Source: Cyanidioschyzon merolae (Eukaryota). From it: 64,000 nucleotides of DNA. The position numbers and the translations under genes were made by a program. Positions within the stretch are counted from its first letter, which is position 1. Every line of letters begins with the position of its first letter. The stretch lies in NCBI GenBank assembly GCA_000091205.1, contig AP006498.2. One strand, given 5' to 3'. Below are positions 10,513 to 20,088 of the stretch, piece after piece. The notes under the pieces were generated by a model. The model was given only the letters and a program-made list of their open reading frames with translations, had not been told where the DNA came from and ran no database searches.

Positions 10513-10680
10513 CGCCTCTATGGGATACTACAATCGATGCTCGCCTCTATAGGATACTACAATCGATACTCGCCTATATGGGATACTACAATCGATACTC
10601 GCCTCTATGGGATACTACAATCGATACTCGCATCTGATGATGCTACAGTCGATGTGCGCCTCTGATGATGCCGTGCACGC
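10513..10680. repeat. 29-bp tandem repeat ('cgcctctatgggatactacaatcgatact'), ~4 good + 2 degenerate copies
   Basis: Direct reading of consecutive near-identical 29-mers located ~200 bp upstream of the UROD ORF. Confidence 0.8.
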
Positions 10681-10852
10681 GCACCGGAAGCATCGGGTGC
10701 CACCGCGTTGATCTCGGCGCATCGTACTCGAGTCGTCGCGTTTACAGCTTTTGGGTGCAAGCCTAGGTCGTCGTCTTTTCTTGGATAGCATCTGGGCCAA
10801 CTTGACGATAACGAAGTAAAATCGGAACACTGATTGAGCGCTATTAGGAGAC

Positions 10853-12241
10853 TTGTTCGAAGTTTTTGGGAGAATGTTTCAGTTCGCGGTGCTGAAGCTG
10901 ACGCGTACGCCCAGGTGCGCTGGGCACACGGCACCGCGTTCGTTGCAGGCTGCTTCTGGGGCAAAGTTTAGGCTGCGCTCGGAGCGACTCAGGTATCATG
11001 TCGCTTCTCTTGCGCTCCGTGCGGCGCTGGATACAGACTATGAGGGCTGCTTGTCCGAAAGCAGCGTCGTCGAAACCTGCAACGAAGCCCCGTTGCTCCT
11101 GCGGGTCTTGCGCTGCGACCCCAGCGTGCCGCGGCCACCGGTATGGTTCATGCGTCAGGCCGGCCGCTACATGAGCGCGTTTCGGATGTACTCTGGGCGT
11201 TATGCGTTCCGCGAGCGTGCCGAAACACCTGAAATCGCTGTCGAGCTTTCGCTGCAGCCGTGGAGAGCGTTCGGAGTGGACGCCGTCATCATGTTCGCAG
11301 ATATTTTGACCCCCTTGCCGCCCATGGGCCTTGACTACCAAATCGTATCCGGACAGGGTCCATCGATTAAAACTCCTGTTCGATGCATGGAGGATGTTGA
11401 GCTTGTGCGTCCGCTCACCCCCGAGGATACAGAGACAGCACTTAGCTTCGTGGGAACGACACTCTCGACGCTTGCGCATACGCTTGCAGACGCTCGTCCG
11501 AGACCGGCGCTGCTTGGATTTCTGGGTGCACCCTTCACGCTCGCTGCATACGGGATCGAGGGCGAAGGCGGACGGGCCTCATCAGGCAAGCAGGTGAAGC
11601 GCATGATGTACACAGCAGAAGGCCGAGAACTCATGCATCGATTACTGCAGAAAATCACACAGAGCATGATCGTTTTTGCAGCTTACCAGGCTCGAAAAGG
11701 AGCTGAGGCGATTCAGATTTTCGACTCTTGGGCCCACTTGCTTAGCCCCGAGGATTACCAGGAGTTTTCGCTCTTCTACGTGGAAGAATTGGTACGCGGA
11801 ATCCGTGCGCATGGCGTCGAAACTCCATTGATCTTCTTTGCAAATGGGTCGTGTGGTAAGTTGGGGGTCATCTCTGCGATGTATCCAGCGGATACGAGGG
11901 AAGCCAACGGATACCGGGGTCTCGATGCGCTCGCCCTGGACTGGCGAACGAGCATCGCAGAGGCGCGTCAGCTGTTTGGCAAGCGAGCGGTGCTCCAGGG
12001 CAACATCGATCCAACGGTATTGGCGTGCGGCGACACTGCCAGCGTGAAGGCAGCCATTGATCGTTGTGTTTGCGCTGCGTCGGGTGGTGCGCATATCCTC
12101 AATGTGGGCCGTGGTATTCAGCCGGATACCCCCGAGGAAATGGTCGCGCTCTTCTGTGAGCACGTTCGAGCTCTTCCAGAGACAGACTGGTATCAGCAGT
12201 TGCGACATCGGCACCTGGTTGAAAATGGAGTGCCAGGATAG
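10853..12241 (+). CDS. UROD: Uroporphyrinogen decarboxylase (heme/chlorophyll biosynthesis) with N-terminal presequence
   Basis: UROD signature 'RPPVWFMRQAGRYM' preceded by 'EAPLLLRVLRCD'. C-terminal blocks are conserved ('FDSWAHLLSPEDYQEF', 'GNIDPTVL'). About 65 Ala/Ser/Arg-rich residues precede the mature domain. Confidence 0.85.
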   Translation: MFEVFGRMFQFAVLKLTRTPRCAGHTAPRSLQAASGAKFRLRSERLRYHVASLALRAALDTDYEGCLSESSVVETCNEAPLLLRVLRCDPSVPRPPVWFMRQAGRYMSAFRMYSGRYAFRERAETPEIAVELSLQPWRAFGVDAVIMFADILTPLPPMGLDYQIVSGQGPSIKTPVRCMEDVELVRPLTPEDTETALSFVGTTLSTLAHTLADARPRPALLGFLGAPFTLAAYGIEGEGGRASSGKQVKRMMYTAEGRELMHRLLQKITQSMIVFAAYQARKGAEAIQIFDSWAHLLSPEDYQEFSLFYVEELVRGIRAHGVETPLIFFANGSCGKLGVISAMYPADTREANGYRGLDALALDWRTSIAEARQLFGKRAVLQGNIDPTVLACGDTASVKAAIDRCVCAASGGAHILNVGRGIQPDTPEEMVALFCEHVRALPETDWYQQLRHRHLVENGVPG

Positions 12242-13769
12242 ATACAACACCAAGTATGCCAATCATCACGTATTTCACGGGTGAAGCTGAAGATGATGCG
12301 AACGTACAAGGCCGCGCGGATAAGCTGTCGACCTTGTGCAACGATATTCAATGATCAGCACAATAACTGAACCGGTCTCAAGGACTGTTTTAAGACTGCC
12401 TTTGCGCGCTGGCATCGTTTCAGATGCGAGCATCGCAATCACGTCGACTATCGTTTTCGGTTCGTTGCTCAGGTCAACGCGCAGACCGGGAACCCTAGTT
12501 GCTACCTAGATCCTAGTGATCTAAAGCACTCTTTTTCAACTGCATCGAATAGGTTGATGCATTCGAAAGAGCAATAGAAAGCTCGATGCGAGAACGGCAC
12601 TGGAAGCTTGATCGGCCACTGGGGATCGGGTCCAGTGTTGCTGGCGCTGCGCGACCGCGTGATGCCCGTCGGTAGCGCTGGGCCTTTTCCGCGAGGATAT
12701 GGACGCTCGCCGGTATTGTCTCCTTTCATCTGTACCTGCTTACGTATTCCAATTACATGGGAATGCTAACCATAATCGCTTCGCCCGTAGGCGAACGCTT
12801 TCTCGCGGATAAAAGATGCTTGAAAACGCCGAGTCCTCACCATTGGACAATGCGCAGTTCGGGCATCGTTTCAGCCGGAGAATGGACTCGCGCGTATGCG
12901 AAAATGCTCACGCGCTCTTCGTTTCACTTGCTTGAAACGCCGAGTTCTGAGAAACAGCCTCTGTTTCGTCCTCGATAAGCTCGTTGTACACGGGGCAACG
13001 ATGATGGTCGGATTATCCGGATCCTGTCCGCGTAAAGTCTCGTTTGCGAGCACACCTGCGTCTGGGCATCCGGCGACGTCGCCTGAGGCGCGTGCGGGCC
13101 CTTGGATCCTGGCACGAACACGCTGATCTGAATCCTCGTTCTCATTTGATCCCGTATTCCGAGTCGAGGAGCACCTCGCTGCAGTTCATCGGCAGCGGAT
13201 CGCGCCGTTGCCCTTGATTCTACGACATATCCAAAAGCTGCATGCGTCTGCAACGCTGAGCCGAGCAGGCTCTGGTCCGGGACAAGCACGCTCTGCATGT
13301 CGGTACGCACCTGGACCGCTGGATGCCCTCATCAGGGTCGTGAACTGAAGCCGAGCGACCTAGAATCGACCAGAGCCGCAGCGTTAAGCGAATCTTCATC
13401 ACTGTCTAAAACTTGTTCACGTACACTTAGCCTTCTTCATGCATCGTACTCTGATTCCTTTTGAAGTTAACTACAAGCATGCATTTGAACGTATCGTGCA
13501 CGTATCCTTCTGAACGTCAAGTACATGAATCTGCACCTATGCCGAGCTGGGCATTGGCGGCAAAACAGGAGCGCGCCTTGTGGCGCAATGACGTGTCCGT
13601 TTCGATGTCGACGACAAAAACAGGAACAAAACGCGTTCCTCGCTACGCATCCGCTGTTTCCTGAGTGCTTACGTCGACGTTGCGAGTTTTACCTGCGTAG
13701 CGTTCGGGTAAACACATGACCGAGAGGGTATCAGCGACCTCTCCGTCACCGTACTGAAGGTTAACGTAC

Positions 13770-15143
13770 ATGTCCATAGGCTCGGCTTCTTCTTTTCTGG
13801 TGCAGAGGATTTCGCTTACGATGCGCCAACAGCTCGCTTCTTTCCTCGGACTACTGCTGTTGTGGCGCGGGCGCAGTTTTCTGGTCCGGCGCGCTGTGAA
13901 ACGATCGCCACACCTGCACCAACCAGCCGTGGTGCTCTTTGTGCTCTGTAACGTTATTCTAGGATGGAGTCTACTGGCCTCCCTGGGCGTCGACTGGGCA
14001 CGTTTCCTCAAACTGTTCGCTGCTGGCGGCAGTTGTGCGGTTCTGATGCACGTACTCACGACGCCTGTCGACGTTGTACGTACTAAAATGCAGCTCGAAC
14101 CTGAACGCTATCCTTCAGTTTTGGCCTGCGTTTCTCGGATTATCAACGAAGATGGCCCGTTTATGTTTCTTCAGGGGTTTGGCGCCACTGCCTTAGGGTA
14201 TCTGATACATGGTGGCCTCAAGTACGCCGTATATGAGCAGTTACGAACGCTGACGATGGTGCTGACGCGCACACCAGCTGGCCAGCCGCTATCGTCGCTT
14301 CACTTTGTCACTTCTGCGACAGTGGCTGAACTAGTAGCATCGACAGCGCTGTGCCCGCTGGAGTCGGTACGGATTCGAATGGTCCAGGATCGGACGTTTG
14401 CGCGAGATGTCTGGCAGGGTCTGGCGCAAGTGTGGGCCGAGGGCTCCCGCAGCATGTACAAAGGGCTGATGCCGCTGATCGCCAAACAGTGCCCGTATAC
14501 TTTGGCTCAGTTTTGGACCTACGAGTGGTTGCTGGCTGGACTGCGGGCCACATGGATAGGTCGAAACGCACCGTTGGACGCTCAGCTGCCTGTGTCTCTG
14601 GAACGGCGCCTGTCGCTTCTTGCGGGCCTGCTCAGCGGGATCGCAGCCGCGTTCGCCAGCCAACCGGGAGACACGATCCTGAGCCGCATCAACAAACATC
14701 ATGCCGGTCTCGCGGGTTTAATGTTGACAGAAATCGGACAGGCTCTGTCGACGCCACCCGGTGCGGAAACAGACGCGAACATTCGCTCGCCGAGTGCATC
14801 CTTGTCCCCGACTGTGGCGGACAAGAATCGAAAACAGATGCAACCGAATGAAATCCCAATGAGGGCTGATCAAGGGTCTGCATCGAATATGAAACGTTTT
14901 CTTTTCGAGCGATTTCGACTGAGATCAGCCACTTGTATGTGGCTCGATTCGATCCGACAGTCCTGGATGGATATGTGGACGATTGCGAGAGAATTAGGGC
15001 CACGAGGCATGTTTCTCGGCTTTGTTCCGCGTTGTGCTCAAGTCATGATCCTCGTAAGTGGCCAGTTTCTGTTCTATGCAGAGATCAAGGCGTTCTTTGG
15101 TATACCGGAAACGCTTGGACGTGGATCCACACATCGACCATGA
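13770..15143 (+). CDS. Mitochondrial carrier family (SLC25) protein with N- and C-terminal extensions
   Basis: Three P-x-[DE]-x-x-[KR] repeats: 'TPVDVVRTKMQ', 'CPLESVRIRMV', 'QPGDTILSRIN'. Six hydrophobic helices. The extra ~150 aa at the C-terminus are low-complexity. Confidence 0.65.
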   Translation: MSIGSASSFLVQRISLTMRQQLASFLGLLLLWRGRSFLVRRAVKRSPHLHQPAVVLFVLCNVILGWSLLASLGVDWARFLKLFAAGGSCAVLMHVLTTPVDVVRTKMQLEPERYPSVLACVSRIINEDGPFMFLQGFGATALGYLIHGGLKYAVYEQLRTLTMVLTRTPAGQPLSSLHFVTSATVAELVASTALCPLESVRIRMVQDRTFARDVWQGLAQVWAEGSRSMYKGLMPLIAKQCPYTLAQFWTYEWLLAGLRATWIGRNAPLDAQLPVSLERRLSLLAGLLSGIAAAFASQPGDTILSRINKHHAGLAGLMLTEIGQALSTPPGAETDANIRSPSASLSPTVADKNRKQMQPNEIPMRADQGSASNMKRFLFERFRLRSATCMWLDSIRQSWMDMWTIARELGPRGMFLGFVPRCAQVMILVSGQFLFYAEIKAFFGIPETLGRGSTHRP

Positions 15144-15148
15144 CTGGC

Positions 15149-15173
15149 GTGTGTGTGTGTGTGTGTTTGTGTG
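15149..15173. repeat. (GT)n microsatellite
   Basis: 'gtgtgtgtgtgtgtgtgtttgtgtg'. Confidence 0.8.
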
Positions 15174-15915
15174 CCGTATTCCGGAAGCGGCGCGACGACT
15201 GTTGGGTACGCATGCCCCAATGCATCCCTCGCGGGATCTTTGTACAGCATCCAGTCTGCAGGGCATACGACGCAATCGCCAGCCCTGCATCATGGTCGAT
15301 TTCCTCGTGGTTGTAAACGACCGCAAGCCATACAGCATGCGCTTTGCTTGTTGCCTGGAAAGCGATCATCGCTACGATATCCACCGGCATGCAGGGTAAG
15401 CGCTGTGCGAGCTCGCCGTAAAGTGCTCCACCCCAGCGCCAATCGTCTCATATGTTTCATTCTGGAGCACAAGGCGCCGTCCTCAACGGATATGAGCGTC
15501 GTGCACCTCTGGACAACGCCGGGCATGGTAGAGGATCGAAACGTTCCGCGACATGCGGCGGCATGAGCGGAACGCGATTGTGGATCCCGCGTACTCGACG
15601 ACCTCTGGAAAGCGTTGTGAACCCAGGCACTTGGTGGAAACGATGCATAAGGTCGCTGGATTCCGTGGTGTTCAGCAAGATTAGCTCTGTCACATGTCAA
15701 TCATCTTTGAATGCGACGAGCTGCGTGCTGGAGCGCCCACAGGCACCCGGCGCAACGTATCCGGTACACGATGTTGCCATGGGTGACGTCCCCTGGTGTA
15801 AACAATGCACGAGCCGCATCACTGCTGCATAAAGACTAGCCGGTGGAGAAGGTGAAGCTCCGGTTGCTCGATGAATCAAAGCCCAAGGCGAGATGCAGCC
15901 AACGCAATCAATAAA

Positions 15916-16198
15916 GTGATGCTCACCGCACGAAAGAAACCCATTCGGTATCAGACGCATAATTGAGTAGACTTGTATGGATTGTCCGTACAGTGACGCT
16001 CACCGCATGGAACAAACCCATGCGGTATCAGACGCATGATTGAGTAGACTTGTATGGATTGTCCGTACAGTGATGCACACCGCACGAAAGAAACCCATGC
16101 GGTATCAGACGCATAATTGAGTAGACTTGTATGAATTGTCCGTACAGTGATGCTCACCGCACGAAACGAACCCATGCATTATCAGACGCATGATTGAC
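15916..16198. repeat. 77-bp minisatellite, ~3.7 copies, each unit containing a short inverted repeat (ccgcatgg...ccatgcgg)
   Basis: Consecutive units start at 15916, 15993, 16070 and 16147: 'gtgatgctcaccgca(c/t)g(a/g)aa...cccatgcggtatcagacgcat(a/g)attgagtagacttgtatggattgtccgtaca'. Confidence 0.85.
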
Positions 16199-16228
16199 TT
16201 GAATGCCCGCACCGCTTCGTGTGTAAAG

Positions 16229-16248
16229 CGTCGTCGTCGTCGTCGTCG
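16229..16248. repeat. (CGT)n trinucleotide microsatellite
   Basis: 'gcgtcgtcgtcgtcgtcgtc'. Confidence 0.7.
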
Positions 16249-16644
16249 ACTCGGGCAGCTTCATGCGGATTCACGCTTGGCGGGCTGGTTCGAGTCTCGA
16301 CCGCAAGATCGTCTAGAGCAAACGCGCTTGCTGGCAGCCATTGGTCTTTCAACGATGCCGTTGTACCCAAGCGCCTCTATCAGAAACCTTCACAAGAGAT
16401 ATTGTAAACACCCCGTAGTGCCCTGCTCGGTCACGCACGAACCCGAATCGCAGGCACATCATCTCCGTCTCAAGCGAGCAGCATACCTCAGCAAACGCGA
16501 TGAAGATCGCCTGCTTGCAGCGCTTCACAGTAAGCTTTCCACGACTTTGTCGAATAAGCCAACACCTGGTCACGAAAAGCGGCATCATCGGCAATGGTGA
16601 CGCAAAGCGCGCTCGGTCGTAAACAAGTGCAAACGTGACTCTAT

Positions 16645-18249
16645 TCATGAAAATGACCGTAGATCGCGCTCGTGGATACCCAACAGGAACAAGATGGAGG
16701 TGAGACTCTTGCTCTGAATCTTGCCGCCAATATTGGTGCCATCCCGAGCCCCTGGTTGTTCAAAGGCGATGGATAGACCCGCCGAGTCAAGCATTTTGGC
16801 GGACACTGGCCCGTCACCTACCGCAATAATCTGCTCCGGGCTGAGCTGCTCGCGCATCGCCAGCATGGTCAGCAGCTCTGCTTTCCGCTCTCCGTTGACG
16901 AGAGGCTCCAAGATCGCTCCGGTGAAACGCTCATTGCTGTCCGTTTCAAGACGATTGGCCGCAACGAAATCAATACCGAGGTCTGCTTTCACAAGCTCTG
17001 CCAAGAGCAAGGGCCCCGACGACAGCACCGCCGTTCGGTAGCCGAGTTTCTTGAGTACGCGACAGACCGAAGCGGCTCCATCGGTATATTCGATAAGCGC
17101 GTGTAGTCTTTCTGCTAAGCCAGTGCTCGATCGACCGCGAAGGAGCGCAGCACACGCTCGCAAGTAGTCTTCGGATCCGAGCGAGTGACAACGGCGCACT
17201 TCCGCGACTGCATCCGCATCCACTGCAGCCGCCTGGCAGAGGAGCTCGAAGCTATCCGCCTGGACCAGTGTCCACGACAGATCGAAAACGACCATTCGCT
17301 TCGTCCGCAATGCTCCTGCTCGCTCGAAAGCGATATCGACGAGAAACTCCTTGCCCAAATGCAGCAGTTCGCTGCGAACGCGGTCTGCCAAAGGGCCCCG
17401 CAGTGCTGCCATCACCTGAAAACAGGTACTGCGGCCCCCTGGCTCGTTCAATGACTGAATGGCATTCAAATTGATGCCGTTTTCAGCGAGGACATGCGTT
17501 GCTGTTGCCAAGAAATCAGCGGGAATGCGCGGTGTGCCTATAAAGGTGAACGTGTACGGCTCACCGGAGTCACCTTCAAGAGCTGCATTCGATTCTGCTT
17601 CGAGGGAGTCGAGCACCTCAAACTCGGTCTCGATCCCGCCCAGCTCATAGGCTGTCAAGAGAAACTCCCGTAGAAGGTACCCCTCGATGCCGAATTCGTG
17701 CTCGATGTGTGCCTCAGTTGAGCTCAGCGTCCCGCCAGGTTCAGCAGGGCTTCCAACTCCAAACGACTGCGGTGCCGAACCGCTCGTCGACTCTGTGCTC
17801 ATAGCTTCTGTTCCTGTTTCAGTAGATCGACGTTTTCGGAGCTGCGTGGGCGTCACTTCAACAGCCAGTGTGGCTGTGAATCGGTTTCCGACCGTAAACG
17901 ACGAGAGATCTCGCAGCTGCACGACGTCTCCGGCTTGAGCGAGCAGCGACAGAAACCGTGAGAGCCAGCTCGGCTGCACAGCGCCGTGGAGCGTAATCAC
18001 AAGCAGTCGTTTGCTGTGCGTTGAACCACGCTCTTTAGGTCGCTTACGTGGACTCGAGCGCGATGGACTCATCACTGACCCAGATATCGACGAACGAAAA
18101 CGCGAACACCCTTGCCGGTCACGCAGAAGCGAAAGCGCCATCTGTAGCAGCTTTGGGTCGTCGTTGTGATGGATTCCGTGAACGGAGCGGTTGTTCATGC
18201 CATACTGGCGGGAGCGAGGACGACAAGAGCGACTTTCGAGGCGCATCAT
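16645..18249 (-). CDS. SerB-like protein (ACT-like N-terminal region + HAD phosphoserine-phosphatase-like domain) with degenerate catalytic motifs
   Basis: 'RMVVFDLSWTLVQ' corresponds to SerB motif I 'vvFDmDSTli', with the second Asp replaced by Ser. 'IIAVGDGPVSAKMLDSAGLSIAF' corresponds to 'GDGANDlpMl.aAGlGiAf', with the 'ND' lost. Confidence 0.65.
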   Translation of the reverse strand: MMRLESRSCRPRSRQYGMNNRSVHGIHHNDDPKLLQMALSLLRDRQGCSRFRSSISGSVMSPSRSSPRKRPKERGSTHSKRLLVITLHGAVQPSWLSRFLSLLAQAGDVVQLRDLSSFTVGNRFTATLAVEVTPTQLRKRRSTETGTEAMSTESTSGSAPQSFGVGSPAEPGGTLSSTEAHIEHEFGIEGYLLREFLLTAYELGGIETEFEVLDSLEAESNAALEGDSGEPYTFTFIGTPRIPADFLATATHVLAENGINLNAIQSLNEPGGRSTCFQVMAALRGPLADRVRSELLHLGKEFLVDIAFERAGALRTKRMVVFDLSWTLVQADSFELLCQAAAVDADAVAEVRRCHSLGSEDYLRACAALLRGRSSTGLAERLHALIEYTDGAASVCRVLKKLGYRTAVLSSGPLLLAELVKADLGIDFVAANRLETDSNERFTGAILEPLVNGERKAELLTMLAMREQLSPEQIIAVGDGPVSAKMLDSAGLSIAFEQPGARDGTNIGGKIQSKSLTSILFLLGIHERDLRSFS

Positions 18250-18893
18250 CGGAAGCGTTGCCGGAAAGTGTCGGAAGCCATTGCCTCAGCGTTTTTGCAT
18301 GAGTCCAGACAATGCTTGATAACGCTCGCTGCCTGTTCTATGGTTTTCGCTCCGGTTCGGAGTCGACGTATCGATGCTAGCAGGCACGCGTGCATGCGTA
18401 TTAGACCAAAACACACTGGATGAAAGGCTGTTCACGAGACATCCCGGACCAGCCGCTCCAGACAGCGTGGCATGCAAACCCGCCCTAAAACGCGACGTCG
18501 ACGAGCCGGGGGTATGCTGCAGTATCTTCACGCGGAATGGTGTGTGCTGACGGTTCGCTTTCGACGGTACCCTTTACGAACCGGAGCGCATGCCTGCAAC
18601 TGCAACGGTCTCGCTCTACGGACTAACAACGTCGTCAAGGGAGCTGCATACGCAGCCGTTGCGGGAATCGTCACTGGTGGCGAGCCTATATGACTGCTGG
18701 CTCGAGCACGTGTGTCGTTGTCTGCGTTCTGATCATCAACGCGTGCCTCTCCTTTGTACAAGTCATCAACTTGTCAGTATCGTTTACACGTTCAGTCTAC
18801 GTTGCCTGCCACTGTGCCTCACTATCTCGCAGGACGGTGCCTTCAAAAAACCGGCGAGCGGTCGACGCACCCCGCCGTCCAGCACACGCTCGC

Positions 18894-19367
18894 CTACGCC
18901 GAGCGATTGTACGTTCCTTTGGCGTAGCCCGCATATCCGATTTGCCCAAAGATAAGCAAAGCAAACAACCCCACGTGATATACGATCAGGTAGAACCAGA
19001 ACGGGTCATCCAGCTTTGGTCCAGTTGGGTACTGCGCCAGCAGACGCTGAATCGACGCCAGAAACGCCTGCGTCAGGCCAGTGCCACCCAGAACGGGTAT
19101 GTTCGATGGGATAGCGGCTACTGCGCTCCAACCGATAAGCGCAATAAAAATAACAGCAGGGTTCAGTGGGTACGGCTCACCGTCGGATACCTCAAACATG
19201 CGAAGAGAAGACGCACCCACGAGACGCTGGGGACGCGACAGCGCGATGCGCACTGGAGCCACCCGCGCTGCTCGTGTGGTGAAGCTGCAGCGAGCTGCAC
19301 ACGTGCACTGCTGCCGCTGCAAGGCCGACGCCACTGGTAATACACTAACAAAGCCGTACATGTTCAA
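18894..19367 (-). CDS. Photosystem I subunit O (PsaO)-like small membrane protein with transit-peptide-like N-terminus
   Basis: 'IALIGWSAVAAIPSNIPVLGGTGLTQAFLASI...DDPFWFYLIVYHVGLFALLIFGQIGYAG' resembles the PsaO pattern (IGW..PS.IP...G...F..SI....P..FW..L..H.GLF..L.FGQIG) as I remember it. The memory-based match is not verified. Confidence 0.45.
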   Translation of the reverse strand: MNMYGFVSVLPVASALQRQQCTCAARCSFTTRAARVAPVRIALSRPQRLVGASSLRMFEVSDGEPYPLNPAVIFIALIGWSAVAAIPSNIPVLGGTGLTQAFLASIQRLLAQYPTGPKLDDPFWFYLIVYHVGLFALLIFGQIGYAGYAKGTYNRSA

Positions 19368-20088
19368 GTTTCGTTCTCGAGGTTCCGCTGGGCGTGGTTA
19401 TGGTGCTCGAGCGCTTCCAAACGCTTCAGCACGATGTGTCAATCACAGATTCCGATGCATCGCGTGGGAAGTGCGCGGGGGAGCTCGCGCATTGCAAACC
19501 CTTCCTCAAGATCAATCCCTCATTGTCCAATTATATACATAAAGTTCACTTAATATTCCACTTAGAACAGTTTCCTCGGGAGCGTTTCGCTCATGCAGCA
19601 TCGCAGGCTGTGCATCGCAGATCGCCGCCGGGTGCATCGCCCAGCGCGCCGATTCCGCAGCACAGCGGCGTTGACGAGATCGCGTCGCTCGGACTCGAGG
19701 ATGGATCGTGCGCGCTGCAACGCTGCTATGGCTGGATAGAGCGCACGTTTTCCCGACGTCAGCGACATTGTGTAGATAGGTTGGGCGCTTGAAAAGGTGA
19801 CGTCACAAGCCTGTTGGGCTCACGGTAACCAGCAGGGAGCAATCACTCGTCGATCACCGCTGGTTTCTAAAACTGGAGGGTTTCTTTGCGCGTTACGCTA
19901 CGTGTGAACGCGCTGATACCGCTGCTAGAGCGCGAAGAGCAACCCTCAGACCTCAAGCGGTTCGCTCGGAGGCCACATCAATTGGACAGCTCGCTCCAGG
20001 TGTGCGCGTCTTGTCCGTTGGAGACCGCCGGACCCAGTTGAACTGTTGCAGTGACCTGGAAGCTTTGGCGACCTGAGCGTCTGCGGTC

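Noticed and set aside
10513-10680. Possible CRISPR array (regular ~29-bp repeats)
   Set aside because: The units are directly tandem with no unique spacers between them. The context is eukaryotic with no cas genes. It is a minisatellite.
15916-16198. Possible CRISPR-like array or snoRNA cluster
   Set aside because: 77-bp units are contiguous without spacers. No C/D or H/ACA boxes were recognised. It is kept only as a hairpin-containing minisatellite.
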